42,345 nucleotides of DNA from an uncultured Thermoplasmatales archaeon (GCA_964514975.1 CAZESS010000020.1:1-42345), one strand, 5' to 3'; shown: positions 16,322 to 26,697, numbered from the stretch's first letter. Notes: generated from the letters alone by a model not told the origin. Translations and numbers: made by a program.

Positions 16322-17662
16322 CTATCCCACCAGCCCGGCGACCCTGCCTTTATACCGGCCGGCGAGCTCTTCCGCCCGTTCCTGCTCCGTCGCCTCGACA
16401 TAGACCCGGATGATGGGCTCCGTGCCAGACGGGCGCACCAGCACCCAGGCATCAGCATACATGACCTTGGCGCCATCCGTCGTATCCACCTTGCGCTGCT
16501 CCCCATCGACAAACGCCTGCATGACAGCCTGCTTCTGCTCGTTGATACAGGGCACCTTTGTTTTCACCAGCGCATAGCTCGGCACCTCGTCGGCCAGCGC
16601 CGACAGCGGCATGTCGCGAAGCGCCATGATTTCTAGCACCGCGGCGGTCGCCATCCCGCCGTCGCGGCAGTACTGATGCCCCGGGAAGATGAGCCCACCG
16701 TTTTCCTCGCCGCCGAACGTCGCATCCATCTCGATCATCGCGCGGGCCACGACGGGTGAACCCACCCTGGTGTAACGCACGGTGCCGCCCCGGGCCGTGA
16801 CCATGTCCTCCACGCAGCTCGACGTGGACACCGGCGTGACCACGACGCCGCCGTGCCGCTCAACGGCATGTGCCGCGGTGATGGCCAGCGTTTTGTCACC
16901 AGAGACATAACAGCCGTTCTCGTCAACGAAGATGGCGCGATCGGCGTCCCCGTCATATGCGACGCCGAGGTCCGCGTCGCCGCTTTGCACCAAGCCGATG
17001 AGGTCCCCCAGGTTTTCCTCAACTGGTTCGGCGTCACGACCGGGGAAGGTGCCGTCGGGTTGCGCGTTGAGCGTGACGACCCTGCAGCCGAGCTGCCGCA
17101 GCAGATAGGGGTAGGCGACACAGCCGGCGCCGTTGCCGCAGTCGGCGACCACGGTGAACTGCTTCTCGGCTATCGCTGCAGCATCGACCATCCCGGCGAC
17201 GCCGTCCAGGTAGCCGCCGATGGCCGCAACCGACTGCACCACGCCGACATCATACCAGGCGGCGGTCGTCCAGTCCCCATTGAAATACACCTGCTCTATC
17301 TGTTCCTCCGTCCCCGCATCGAGCTCGGTGCCGTCACCTGCAACGACCTTGATGCCGTTGAACTCCGGGGGGTTGTGCGACGCGGTGATGATTACGCCCC
17401 CGGCGAGATCATGCCGCCGGACATAGTACTGCAGCGCCGGCGAGGGTACCATGCCCGCATCATATACATTACATCCGGTGGACGTAACGCCGGCGACGAC
17501 GGCCTGCTTCAGCATGTCGTTGGACGTCCTGGTGTCGGTCCCGATGGCCACGTCACCGTCAAAAAAGCTGCCGGTGGCCCGGCCGAGGTTGAGCGCCAGT
17601 TCCACGTTCATGCCGTCGTTGGTGACGCCGCGGACGCCGTTCGTTCCAAACAAGCGGGGCAT
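16322..17662 (-). CDS. Phosphohexomutase (phosphoglucosamine mutase/PMM-PGM)
   Basis: FGTNGVRG, TASHNP, DGDADR, GEENGG, RPSGTEP. Confidence 0.93.
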   Translation of the reverse strand: MPRLFGTNGVRGVTNDGMNVELALNLGRATGSFFDGDVAIGTDTRTSNDMLKQAVVAGVTSTGCNVYDAGMVPSPALQYYVRRHDLAGGVIITASHNPPEFNGIKVVAGDGTELDAGTEEQIEQVYFNGDWTTAAWYDVGVVQSVAAIGGYLDGVAGMVDAAAIAEKQFTVVADCGNGAGCVAYPYLLRQLGCRVVTLNAQPDGTFPGRDAEPVEENLGDLIGLVQSGDADLGVAYDGDADRAIFVDENGCYVSGDKTLAITAAHAVERHGGVVVTPVSTSSCVEDMVTARGGTVRYTRVGSPVVARAMIEMDATFGGEENGGLIFPGHQYCRDGGMATAAVLEIMALRDMPLSALADEVPSYALVKTKVPCINEQKQAVMQAFVDGEQRKVDTTDGAKVMYADAWVLVRPSGTEPIIRVYVEATEQERAEELAGRYKGRVAGLVG

Positions 17663-17692
17663 GCTCTCGTAACGTCGCCGCGTTATAAAAAT

Positions 17693-18715
17693 TTAGCCGT
17701 CTTTCAGGGGATTGCCGATCTGTTTTTCGGGATAGCCATCGGGCTTCGACCTGCTCCACACCGCCATGTCGACGACGCTGTCACCGGCCTCGACATCTTC
17801 GTTGTCGCCGACCACCGCGTTGTGCACCGTTGCCCCGGTGCCGATATGGCATCCCTCGCCGATGACGCAGTTGTACAGCGACGCATCACTGCCGACGTGA
17901 ACGTCGTCAAACGCGACGCATCGCTCCAGCGTTGCCCCTGATGCAATGAACACGTTGTCGCCCAGGCAGCTCTTTTTCAGGGTGCCGTCGACCGACGAGC
18001 CAGGCCCCATGTAATAGGGCATGTTTTTCCGCTCGAGCAACGTCACGTTCACCTCGATGTAGCTGCTCGGCCGCCCAACATCTATCCAGAAGCCGTCGAA
18101 CCGGTAGCCGTAAAACGGCCTGCGGTCAGTGATGAGGCCGGGGAAGATGTCGTTCTCCATGGACACCATCTCGCCGGCCGGGATGCGGTCGAGCACCTCC
18201 GGCTCGAGGCAGTATGCCCCGGCGTTGATAAGATTTGACGGCGCTTCTCCCTGCCGTGGTTTTTCCACGAAATCGGTGATGCGGCCGTCGGGCTCTACGT
18301 CGGCGACCCCAAACGCCGATACGTCGTCAACCGGCCAGAGAGATATCGTGGCGGTTGCATCCCTGGCGCGGTGAAAGTCGATGAAGCGCCGGAAGTCAAG
18401 CGACGAGATGATGTCGCTGTTCAGCACCAGAAATGTGCCGTCGATATATTTTTCTGCATATTTCGTTGCACCGCCCGTGCCCAGCGGCTCCGGCTCCTCG
18501 TTGATGATGATGTCTCTGCCGACGTCGTCAAAATAGTCCTGTATCTGGCCTGTGCGGTAGTTCGTCGCCAGGATGACCTCGGTGCCATGGGGAAGCTGGT
18601 TCATCAGGTGATGAATCATCGGTCTCCCCAGGATGGGCAGCATCGGCTTCGGCCGGGTATATGTCAGCGGAGCCAGCCGGGTGCCAAACCCGCCGGCGAG
18701 CACGATTGCCTGCAT
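17693..18715 (-). CDS. NDP-sugar synthase (mannose-1-phosphate guanylyltransferase-like) with left-handed beta-helix
   Basis: MQAIVLAGGFGTRLAPLT..RPKPM, PLGTGG, FVEKP, NAGAY, WIDVG, and hexapeptide repeats. Confidence 0.92.
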   Translation of the reverse strand: MQAIVLAGGFGTRLAPLTYTRPKPMLPILGRPMIHHLMNQLPHGTEVILATNYRTGQIQDYFDDVGRDIIINEEPEPLGTGGATKYAEKYIDGTFLVLNSDIISSLDFRRFIDFHRARDATATISLWPVDDVSAFGVADVEPDGRITDFVEKPRQGEAPSNLINAGAYCLEPEVLDRIPAGEMVSMENDIFPGLITDRRPFYGYRFDGFWIDVGRPSSYIEVNVTLLERKNMPYYMGPGSSVDGTLKKSCLGDNVFIASGATLERCVAFDDVHVGSDASLYNCVIGEGCHIGTGATVHNAVVGDNEDVEAGDSVVDMAVWSRSKPDGYPEKQIGNPLKDG

Positions 18716-18819
18716 GGATGGAGAAGCCGCCCGGCCCTTAAAAAGTTGTTCCCCGGAGCGATAACACACCGGAGCGATACAAACAGAAAAATATATCTAA
18801 AACAAAGCATTGCGGCAAT

Positions 18820-19218
18820 ATGCGCCACAAACTCCTCACCGGTGTCATACTGCTGGCCATATGTCTCAGCATGCTTTCCCTGCAGGCAGCCGGGCAAAAC
18901 GAAACCGGCGACGAATGGAGCTGGGAATGGATGGGCTTCGCCGGCCTCGGGGTGTTCATATGCTTCATCCCTATCGTAGCGGTCATCATCGCCATCGCCA
19001 TCGGCGTCTGGATGTACCGCGATGCGGAGCGGCGGGGAGAAAACGGCGCCCTGTGGCTCATCATCGGTATCATCGGCGGCATCATCTGGCTCATCGTCCG
19101 CCCCGATATCGGAGCGAAAAAGAAACAGCGGCACGGCGACCGCCACTGTCCGTCATGCGGCCGCAGCATCCCGTTCGACGCGAAGGTCTGCCCCTACTGC
19201 GGCGCCGACGTCGAGTAG
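18820..19218 (+). CDS. Membrane protein with C-terminal zinc ribbon
   Basis: Signal/TM segments, WMYRDAERRG, and CPSCGRSIPFDAKVCPYCG. Confidence 0.8.
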   Translation: MRHKLLTGVILLAICLSMLSLQAAGQNETGDEWSWEWMGFAGLGVFICFIPIVAVIIAIAIGVWMYRDAERRGENGALWLIIGIIGGIIWLIVRPDIGAKKKQRHGDRHCPSCGRSIPFDAKVCPYCGADVE

Positions 19219-19256
19219 CCAACCTTTTTAAACACCGGGCTATTTGCCCCTCCAGC

Positions 19257-20498
19257 ATGACCGAGCCGAGCCTGGACAGCACACCCGTCATCGAGACAGC
19301 GCGGAGCCTTGCAGCACGACAGCTCTGCGACCACTGTCTCGGGCGGCAGTTCGCACAGGTAGAGCACGGCCATACCAACAGGGAGCGCGGCATGCATCTG
19401 CGCGACATACTCGACCTGCAGCCCGTTCAGCCCGAGGACTGCTGGCTCTGCCACGGTCTCATGGACGACATCGAGCTTTTCGCCGAGCTCGCGCTGGAAT
19501 CCCTGGAGCCCTATGAATATGACAGCTATCTGGTCGGCAGCCGCATCGCCGAGGACGTCGAGCGATGCGAGGCGCAGCTCAGCCAGCAAACCGGGCAGGG
19601 CGAGCCCATGAAGCGGGAGATAAACCGGGAGGTCGGCAAGATCATGGAGGAGGAGACCGGCAAAACGGTGGTGTTCGAAAAACCCGACATCACGGCCATC
19701 GTCGACACCCGCTTCGACCATGTCGAGCTCGACGTCCGCCCGCTGTTCATCCGCGGCCGCTACCGGAAGCTGGAGCGCGGCATCCCACAGACAAAATGGT
19801 ACTGCCGGAAATGCCACGGCGCCGGCTGCGACTACTGCAACGGCCGCGGCAAAATGTACGATAGCAGCGTCGAGGAACTCGTCGCCCACGAGGTCATGGC
19901 CGCTACAAGGGGAAGCGACGAGGCGTTCCACGGCGCCGGCCGGGAGGACATCGACGTTCGCATGCTCGGCACCGGGCGCCCCTTCATCCTCGAGGTAAAG
20001 GAGCCCCGCAGGCGACATCTCGACCTGGAGGAAATCCAGCGTGACATCAACACGCATGCGAATGGGCGGGTGGAGGTCTCCGGGCTGCGTATGGCATCCC
20101 GCAACGAGGTAGCGGCTATCAAGGAGGCATCCTGGAGCAAGACCTACCGGGCCGCGATATCGCTGGACGAGAGGGGAAAAATTAATGAAGCAGTGGGTGC
20201 ATTACGGGGTACATATATAAATCAACGAACGCCATCTCGTGTAGCCCATAGAAGGGCGGACAGGGTACGAAAACGGAAAATACTCGATATCGCCGTGGAG
20301 CAGCACGATGCCGGCGAGGCGACGCTACGCATAACAGCCGAGTCGGGCACATACATCAAGGAGCTCCTCACCGGCGACAGCGGGCGCACGCAACCCTCGT
20401 TCAGCGAGCTGGCGGACACAGCCGTAGAAGTTAAAAAACTCGACGTCATAGACATAGGTGATAAAGATGGCGAAAAGGTCCAAGGGAACAAGAAGTAA
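19257..20498 (+). CDS. pus10: tRNA pseudouridine(54/55) synthase Pus10
   Basis: LCDHCLGRQF, CWLC, GRYRKL.RGIPQT.W, HGAGREDIDVRMLGTGRPF, QRTP.RV.HRRAD, GTYIKEL..GD.GRT.PS. Start is ATG 19257; the longer track ORF overlaps the upstream gene. Confidence 0.95.
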   Translation: MTEPSLDSTPVIETARSLAARQLCDHCLGRQFAQVEHGHTNRERGMHLRDILDLQPVQPEDCWLCHGLMDDIELFAELALESLEPYEYDSYLVGSRIAEDVERCEAQLSQQTGQGEPMKREINREVGKIMEEETGKTVVFEKPDITAIVDTRFDHVELDVRPLFIRGRYRKLERGIPQTKWYCRKCHGAGCDYCNGRGKMYDSSVEELVAHEVMAATRGSDEAFHGAGREDIDVRMLGTGRPFILEVKEPRRRHLDLEEIQRDINTHANGRVEVSGLRMASRNEVAAIKEASWSKTYRAAISLDERGKINEAVGALRGTYINQRTPSRVAHRRADRVRKRKILDIAVEQHDAGEATLRITAESGTYIKELLTGDSGRTQPSFSELADTAVEVKKLDVIDIGDKDGEKVQGNKK

Positions 20499-20757
20499 GA
20501 CGCGACATGTCTTCAGGAAAAAACCGCGTGAACGCGGCCTCAGCCCCATCACCCGGGCTCTGCAGCAGTTCGAAGACGGCGATCGGGTGTCCGTCGTGAT
20601 AGACCCGTCCGTGCACAAGGGCATGCCCCACCGTCGGTTCCACGGCAAAACAGGCTACGTGGCCGGCAGGCAGGGCACCTCCTACCTGGTGAACGTGCGG
20701 CAGGGCAACGCCCTCAAAACCGTCATCGCGCGGCCAGAACACCTGCGAAAGGAATAA
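20467..20757 (+). CDS. rpl21e: 50S ribosomal protein eL21 (L21e)
   Basis: KRSKGTRSKTR, DPSVHKGMPHRRFHGKTG, RPEHL; AGGTGA SD upstream. Confidence 0.96.
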   Translation: MAKRSKGTRSKTRHVFRKKPRERGLSPITRALQQFEDGDRVSVVIDPSVHKGMPHRRFHGKTGYVAGRQGTSYLVNVRQGNALKTVIARPEHLRKE

Positions 20758-20758
20758 C

Positions 20759-21073
20759 ATGAAAATCGTATCTCTGGCAGAGGTAAAAAACAAGCTCATC
20801 AGCATCAGCAGCGAGCGCGAGGAGCTCACCCGCGAGCAAAAGATAGCGCTCGACCACAGCGAGCACGTGGTCACGCTGTCGGCCACCAAGACGATAGAGC
20901 TGGTCCGTGACCTGAAGGAGCTCGAGCGCGTCAGCAAGAAACAGGCATACAAGATAGCCGACACGCTGCCGGAGATCGAGGACGAGGTCATGGCTCTTTT
21001 CACGAAGGAAACATTCGTCCCCTCGAAAGAGGAACGACAGCGCATCCGCGACATCGTGTGGCAGTATCTCTGA
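20759..21073 (+). CDS. rpoF: RNA polymerase subunit F (Rpo4)
   Basis: SLAEVK..L, ELT.EQK.ALDH, AYKIAD.LP...DEV; conserved position between rpl21e and DUF655. Confidence 0.88.
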   Translation: MKIVSLAEVKNKLISISSEREELTREQKIALDHSEHVVTLSATKTIELVRDLKELERVSKKQAYKIADTLPEIEDEVMALFTKETFVPSKEERQRIRDIVWQYL

Positions 21074-21081
21074 GGGACACC

Positions 21082-21633
21082 ATGGAAGATTATGTCTACA
21101 TTTTGGATTACCTGGCTGCTGGCACGCCAGGCCACCGGCGGGAATCCAGCGCATACGGCGTCGGCGAAAGCCAGTTCACCCTGCTCGAGCTGCTGCCCAG
21201 ACATGACGTGTCGCTGGTTATCGGCGAGCGCGTCTACGTCGGCAAGGACAAGGACAAACGGGAAAAAATATCCAAGGTAAAGGGCCGCGTCACCTACGAC
21301 GAGCTGACCGCCGCGGCACACGGCGAGCTGCTCTACATCATCATCGACATCGTGAAGGACAACGAGGAACAGTTCGTAAAATTTTACAACGAATGTCCAT
21401 CCATTTCAACCCGATATCATGCGCTCGAGCTGCTCCCCGGCCTGGGCAAAAAAACCATGCGGGAAATCGTCAACGAGCGCCGGAAGCAGCCGTTCGAGAG
21501 CTTCGAGGATATCGCGGACCGGGTCACCCACCTCACCCATCCGGAAAGACTGGTCGCCAAGCGCGTCGAGGAAGAACTCCACAATTCCGACCAGAAATAC
21601 CGTCTTTTCACCCGGCCGCCGCTGAAAAAATAG
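21082..21633 (+). CDS. DUF655-family predicted RNA-binding protein
   Basis: EDYVYILDYL, GE..FTLLEL, H.LELLPGLGKK (HhH), PF.SFEDI..RV. Confidence 0.92.
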   Translation: MEDYVYILDYLAAGTPGHRRESSAYGVGESQFTLLELLPRHDVSLVIGERVYVGKDKDKREKISKVKGRVTYDELTAAAHGELLYIIIDIVKDNEEQFVKFYNECPSISTRYHALELLPGLGKKTMREIVNERRKQPFESFEDIADRVTHLTHPERLVAKRVEEELHNSDQKYRLFTRPPLKK

Positions 21634-21634
21634 C

Positions 21635-22381
21635 ATGCGCCGCGGCCAGCATTTTTTGGTCGACGACCGCGTTGCCGAGCGTCAGGTTGGCTATGCGCAG
21701 CTCAGCCGTGATGATGTCGTACTGGAAATCGGCGCTGGGAAGGGCGCGCTCACCAGGCATCTCGCCCGGGCCGCTGGTCGGGTTATCGCCATCGAGATAG
21801 ATGTCGACCTGGCCGCCGGTCTTGAGCATATGGACAACGTCGAGGTGCTTCGATGCGATGCTCTGGCGGTTGACTTCGACGCGCTGCAGTTCACCAAGGT
21901 GGTCGCCAATCTTCCCTACCAGATTTCATCGCCCGTAACCTTTAAGCTGCTCGAGCAGGACTTCGAGCTCGGCGTGCTCATGTACCAGAAGGAGTTTGCG
22001 GAGCGCCTCGTTGCCGTGCCGGGCAGCGATTCCTATGCCCGTCTTTCGGTGATGGCGCAGTATGCCGCCGACTGGGAGCTGCTGGAAACCGTGTCGCCGG
22101 GTGCCTTTTATCCCCGTCCCCGTGTTCGCTCGGCCATCGTCCGGATGACGCCCCGTGAACCGTTGTTTTCCGTTGTCGACGAGGCCATATTTGCCGACGT
22201 GGTCAGAGCCCTGTTCTCCCATCGGCGTAAAAAGATACGCAACGGGCTGCTGGCCGCCGGCCTTGTTTCCCGCGACCAGCTCGGCGAGGTGCCCTATGTG
22301 CACCGGCGGGCTGAGGACCTGCTGCCGGCCCAGATAGGCGCGATAAGCGACGCGGTCGCCGTGTTCGGGGGGAACGGATGA
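21635..22381 (+). CDS. rsmA: 16S rRNA adenine dimethyltransferase RsmA/KsgA
   Basis: GQHFL.D, LEIGAGKG.LT, ANLPYQISS, QKEFAERL, F.P.P.V.S, F.HRRK. Confidence 0.95.
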   Translation: MRRGQHFLVDDRVAERQVGYAQLSRDDVVLEIGAGKGALTRHLARAAGRVIAIEIDVDLAAGLEHMDNVEVLRCDALAVDFDALQFTKVVANLPYQISSPVTFKLLEQDFELGVLMYQKEFAERLVAVPGSDSYARLSVMAQYAADWELLETVSPGAFYPRPRVRSAIVRMTPREPLFSVVDEAIFADVVRALFSHRRKKIRNGLLAAGLVSRDQLGEVPYVHRRAEDLLPAQIGAISDAVAVFGGNG

Positions 22382-23403
22382 AACAGCGGGTCAAAACCAT
22401 TTTGGTGCATGCACCCGACGGCGTCGACGCCATCGTCATCATGAACGGTGCGTTCGCCGACCCGACGTTTTTCTATGTCACCGGCTACTGGAACGGCCTT
22501 TTCGAGCGCTCGGCGGCTATCCTCTATCCGGATGGCGGAATCGAGGTCATCTGCCCGGAGCTTGAGGCCACAGCGGCCGGCCCGGATGCACACGTGTACC
22601 ATGACAGAGAAGAAAAACGGGACCTGTTCGAGAAGCTGCTCGCTGCGGACACCATCGGCGTCAACGCCTCCATGATATCCCATCGTGATGCAACCTGGCT
22701 GCAGGAAATCCATCCCCATGGGTCCTTCGTCGACGTTTCAGATGCCATCCGGCAGGCCAGGATGGTGAAAGACGGGGAGGAGATAGCCACCATCCGCCGT
22801 GCATGCAACATCGCCGCCGAGGTTGCCGATATGCTGCCGGATTTCCTCGTGACGGATGTATCGGAGAGCCAGGTGCTCGCCGAGGTACAGTATGCCCTGG
22901 CGCAGCGCGGGGCCACGCCGTCGTTTCCGCCCATTGTCGCCTTTGGTCGGCATTCGTCGCTGCCGCATTACACCACGGGCGAGACAGCGCTCGCATGGCC
23001 GGCGCTCGTTGACTTTGGCGCCCGCTATCACCGATACTGCTCCGATGTGACGAGGACCTTTGTCGGCTCCGATGAGCAAAAAGAGGCACATGGGACGGTG
23101 TGTGAGGCCCAGCTACATGCATTGGACATGATGGAGCCCGGGGTGCTGGCGCGGGATGTCCATGCCGTGGTCGATGATTTTTTCACCGGGCGAGGGTATC
23201 CGTCGCTGCCGCATTCGCTGGGGCATTCCCTCGGGCTTGAGGTCCATGACGGCGTGTCGCTCGGCAGGGAAAGCGACCTTGTGCTGCGGGAGGACATGGT
23301 CGTCACGGTTGAGCCGGGCGTCTACCTCGAAGGCAGGTGGGGCATCCGGGTGGAGGACGATGTGCTCGTTACCGCTGACGGCGTCGAGGTGTTAACCCGA
23401 TAG
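22378..23403 (+). CDS. Xaa-Pro aminopeptidase/dipeptidase (M24)
   Basis: PH, DFG...YCSD.TRT, HSLGHSLGLEVHD, TVEPGVY, GIRVEDD. Confidence 0.93.
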   Translation: MKQRVKTILVHAPDGVDAIVIMNGAFADPTFFYVTGYWNGLFERSAAILYPDGGIEVICPELEATAAGPDAHVYHDREEKRDLFEKLLAADTIGVNASMISHRDATWLQEIHPHGSFVDVSDAIRQARMVKDGEEIATIRRACNIAAEVADMLPDFLVTDVSESQVLAEVQYALAQRGATPSFPPIVAFGRHSSLPHYTTGETALAWPALVDFGARYHRYCSDVTRTFVGSDEQKEAHGTVCEAQLHALDMMEPGVLARDVHAVVDDFFTGRGYPSLPHSLGHSLGLEVHDGVSLGRESDLVLREDMVVTVEPGVYLEGRWGIRVEDDVLVTADGVEVLTR

Positions 23404-23500
23404 CGTTTTTTGAGACATGCCCCATTGTCTCTGGCTTTCCCGGGTAAAAAAATAGTATGTATTTAAATATTGGGATATGGTATGTATATGGAGGGAAACC

Positions 23501-23753
23501 ATGCCAGCAACACCCAATAAGGCGGAAATGAAAAAGACGATAGCGGTGGCTGTCGGTGGAGCCTTCGGTTTCATCATAGCCCTGATATGGCGAGACATCA
23601 TCATCATCGGCCTGATGAACATGGCGGGCTCAACGTCGACAACTTCGAGGATGCAGCGGGTGCGGGCCTGGCCGTCGTGGCCACCATCATCATAACGCTG
23701 ATATGTGCCTCGGCATCTACTATATCTCCCGCTGGGGCGGCGTCGAAGAATAG
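23501..23753 (+). pseudogene. DUF5654-like small membrane protein interrupted by two single-base losses (pseudogene or sequencing error)
   Basis: GGAGG SD before ATG 23501; AFGFIIALIW motif. Adding one G at 23626-23628 and one C at 23708-23709 yields a continuous two-TM protein ending ...LICALGIYYISRWGGVEE* (TAG at 23751-23753), followed by a T-rich tract. Confidence 0.7.
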
Positions 23754-23834
23754 AGATACCGGACACCTTTCCTCCCTTTTTATTTTCCTCGTTGTATCAT
23801 CGTGAAAGACATGCCCGATGGATGTCCCCCCCGT

Positions 23835-24002
23835 ATGCGCCATTTGCTGCTCCTGCTGTTCGTTGCATTATCTGCATGTGGTGCGCTGGCCGTGTTCCTG
23901 AGCCTGTTTTTAATGGGCGTCCTCCTCCTCGTTGCCTCGCTCGTGTTCCTCGCAGTGCTGGTCGCCTATCTCCTGTATCCGTTTTTCATGCAGCTTTTTT
24001 AA
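23835..24002 (+). CDS. Hypothetical small hydrophobic protein (two TM)
   Basis: MRHLLLLLFVALSACGALAVFLSLFLMGVLLLVASLVFLAVLVAYLLYPFFMQLF. The stop follows a T6 run, so the true end is uncertain. Confidence 0.45.
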   Translation: MRHLLLLLFVALSACGALAVFLSLFLMGVLLLVASLVFLAVLVAYLLYPFFMQLF

Positions 24003-24057
24003 GCGTCTACCACGATGGCGTGGCGGGAATACCTCGGGTACACGTATGGATTACTTG

Positions 24058-24095
24058 AACAAAAAAAAAATGGAAAAGAGGGGAAGGGAAAAGAG
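24058..24095 (-). terminator. U-rich archaeal terminator after the C25 peptidase
   Basis: Minus strand reads CTCTTTTCCCTTCCCCTCTTTTCCATTTTTTTTTTG just after the stop codon. Confidence 0.6.
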
Positions 24096-24100
24096 CGGTT

Positions 24101-26065
24101 TTACTGGTAGCCGCCGATTTGCAGGGATGGGTCGCCGAGCAGGACCCATTCCTCGACCGTCTTCGCATCGATTTTGTTCTGCATGGGCGGGAACTTGTTG
24201 ACATAGTGCCGCAGGGCGGTGCCGTGGACCTCGCCGAGTGTGAGGTCGGTGTTGTTGCTGTATATCTTGAAGAACTCGCTGTCGATGAAGCCGCCGTAGA
24301 ACTGCGTCGCATCGGGGATGCCGTCGCCGTTGTTGTCGCCGATAGCCCCGTAGCCCAGACCGGTGCTGCCGATGGTCGCGATGGAGCCCTTGCCGAACCC
24401 GCGGGTGAGCCACCAGCTCCAGCATTCAGGAGGTATTTCTCCCTTGTAAAGGTATTCCTGCCAGTGGCTGTAGCCCTCGTATATCTTCAGAAGGTTGAGC
24501 ACGCTGACGTTGAACTGGCTGTTGTGGCAGCCGCCGACCACGCAGACGGGATACATGCCCTCGTTGGACAGTTTCATCATGTCCTGCAGCCGCAGTCCGT
24601 CAATCCAGGTGTCCTCCTCCTTCGGCGGATGGGTTGCCCATCCCATCGGGTTGCCGTGCCCCTCGAAGCTCAGGAGGCCGCATCCCTCGCTGACCGCGTT
24701 GACCACGTCCTCAGGTCCACTCAGGGTGCCGTCGGAGGTGTACAGCTTGGTGACATCGAAGCCTGCATCCTCGACGAAGCCCGCTGACTTGGTCACGGTT
24801 ACCTCACCGTCGATGTAGGGGTCGCTCTGGGCGGGGAACGTGTCGCCGGCAACGCCGACGAAGCGTTTGAACCAGTCGCTGCCCGCCGCCGTGGTCTCGT
24901 AGGAGATGATCTTCTCCACCATTTTTTCGACCTCGTAGCTGTTCCGGCAGGCCAGCCGTCCGACAAAGACGTCGGGATAGCAGTCAAGCTCGTCTTTCTT
25001 AAACCCGCTCCATTCTGCATAGATGCCGTTGTCGTTGCTGTCCCAGGTGGCAAAGACCTCCTCGCCCTCCTCGTACTTGTAGATGTCGGCAAAATAGAGG
25101 TCGCTGAGATAGCTGGTCTCCCAGTTGCTCTGATCATCGAGATGTGCATACCGCACGGGACACCACCATTTCTCCTGCATCAGGCCGCCGTTCCGGCCGC
25201 CGACCAGCATCACATATTTGATGCCCCAGTTGTCGAGCGCGTCCTTGATAAAGTATTTGACCTGCTCTGCATCGTTGGCACCCTGCGCACTGAAATAGGC
25301 GCCGTTGTAGATCTCGGTGAGGGTGACATGCTGCGTTGAAATGCCATTGTCCTGCTTGTGCTGGACCAGGGGCTGCAGCGCATCGGTGAACTCGCCAGGT
25401 GCGATGATGACCATGTCATAGGTGTCCGCGCCGGCCGGTGCCGTCTGCTTTTCCGGCGCTCGGTAGGAAATGTCGACCTGTATCTCATCGGTGTAGGTCA
25501 CGGTGTCCCCCGCCGGGGTGTACTGCGCCGGGTAGAGCCGGAGGGTGAGGAAGAGCGTTCGGCCGTCGCTGTTACGCCCGACGCCGACATGCCAGTCTCC
25601 CCAGGTGCCGGGGTATGCGTCGCTGCTGTCGTAGACGCTGCTCTCCCGCTGTACCGGGTCTGCCTGTTTCATGTTGGCAGTGACCGCCGTCGGTGCGGGA
25701 GCGATGGTTTTCGGTACCTGCATTTCATATGTCGCCCCGGGCTGGACATCGACGTGTATGTTGTCCGTGCCGAGCGGGAGCGTCATGGTCTTGGTTCGGT
25801 AGGGAAGCATCGGTTCTCCGCTGACGGTCAGCGTGGTACTGTCTCCGGTGTTTATGGTCGCATAGTGGCCGGTGCTGTCAACGTCAATGGTGGGTGCTGA
25901 AAAGTGAAACGTTTCCTCTCTGGTCGTGATATCGCTGTCGCTGGTTTCAGCGGCCCCGCTGCCGGCAGGTGAAACAGTCGCCGTGTCCGTCGGCTGCAAT
26001 CCGACAAGGACGCCGCCGCTTATCGCAAAGAGTGCGACAACCAGTATGGTTAATAGTTTTTTCAT
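24101..26065 (-). CDS. Secreted C25 (gingipain-like) cysteine peptidase with propeptide
   Basis: Signal peptide MKKLLTILVVALFA, propeptide, YVMLVG, SDLYFAD, PDVFVGRL, catalytic GHG and GGCHN, and LLGDP at the C-terminus. Confidence 0.92.
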   Translation of the reverse strand: MKKLLTILVVALFAISGGVLVGLQPTDTATVSPAGSGAAETSDSDITTREETFHFSAPTIDVDSTGHYATINTGDSTTLTVSGEPMLPYRTKTMTLPLGTDNIHVDVQPGATYEMQVPKTIAPAPTAVTANMKQADPVQRESSVYDSSDAYPGTWGDWHVGVGRNSDGRTLFLTLRLYPAQYTPAGDTVTYTDEIQVDISYRAPEKQTAPAGADTYDMVIIAPGEFTDALQPLVQHKQDNGISTQHVTLTEIYNGAYFSAQGANDAEQVKYFIKDALDNWGIKYVMLVGGRNGGLMQEKWWCPVRYAHLDDQSNWETSYLSDLYFADIYKYEEGEEVFATWDSNDNGIYAEWSGFKKDELDCYPDVFVGRLACRNSYEVEKMVEKIISYETTAAGSDWFKRFVGVAGDTFPAQSDPYIDGEVTVTKSAGFVEDAGFDVTKLYTSDGTLSGPEDVVNAVSEGCGLLSFEGHGNPMGWATHPPKEEDTWIDGLRLQDMMKLSNEGMYPVCVVGGCHNSQFNVSVLNLLKIYEGYSHWQEYLYKGEIPPECWSWWLTRGFGKGSIATIGSTGLGYGAIGDNNGDGIPDATQFYGGFIDSEFFKIYSNNTDLTLGEVHGTALRHYVNKFPPMQNKIDAKTVEEWVLLGDPSLQIGGYQ

Positions 26066-26187
26066 GGTAGCCCTCGGTCTACCTAAATGATGGTTCCTTA
26101 TAAGGTTATCGGTGGCCGCCATCCGGTCATCTCTCCTGTCAGCACCACTAATTTTATAAATGGGCGGGCAATGTAGGCGGTGTTATC

Positions 26188-26697
26188 ATGTCACGAAAAC
26201 CAGCATGCATGTACAGGCAAATCCGGGGCCGTCCCACCACCCGGAAGGAATACATGGGCGGCGTTCCTGGACTCCGTATCACCCAGTTCGACCTCGGCAA
26301 CCGGCAGGCCGATTTCCCCATCGCATTGTCAGCTATCGCCGAGGAGCGATGCCAGATTCTGCACCGCGCCCTCGAGGCATCCCGTGTAGCGGCCAACAGA
26401 TACATCGTCAAACGCGCCGGCAGGCTGAACTACCATCTCAAGGTCCGCATCTACCCGCACGTCGTCGTCCGGGAAAACAAGCAGGCGACCGGCGCTGGCG
26501 CCGACCGTGTCTCACAGGGCATGCGAAACGCCTACGGCAAGCCCGTCGGCACGGCGGCACGCGTCGAACCCGGCCAGAAACTCATCACAATATATACCAC
26601 TGAGGCAAACGTCGACCATGCACGGACGGCGCTCAAACGCGCGAAGGCCAAGCTGCCCTGTCCCTGCCGCATCGAGATGGAAACGACGGACAAATAG
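26188..26697 (+). CDS. rpl10e: 50S ribosomal protein uL16 (L10e)
   Basis: RKPA.MYR, TRKEY.GGVP, ALEASR..ANRY, YPH.V.RENKQATGAGADRVSQGMR.AYGKP.G.AARV. Confidence 0.97.
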   Translation: MSRKPACMYRQIRGRPTTRKEYMGGVPGLRITQFDLGNRQADFPIALSAIAEERCQILHRALEASRVAANRYIVKRAGRLNYHLKVRIYPHVVVRENKQATGAGADRVSQGMRNAYGKPVGTAARVEPGQKLITIYTTEANVDHARTALKRAKAKLPCPCRIEMETTDK

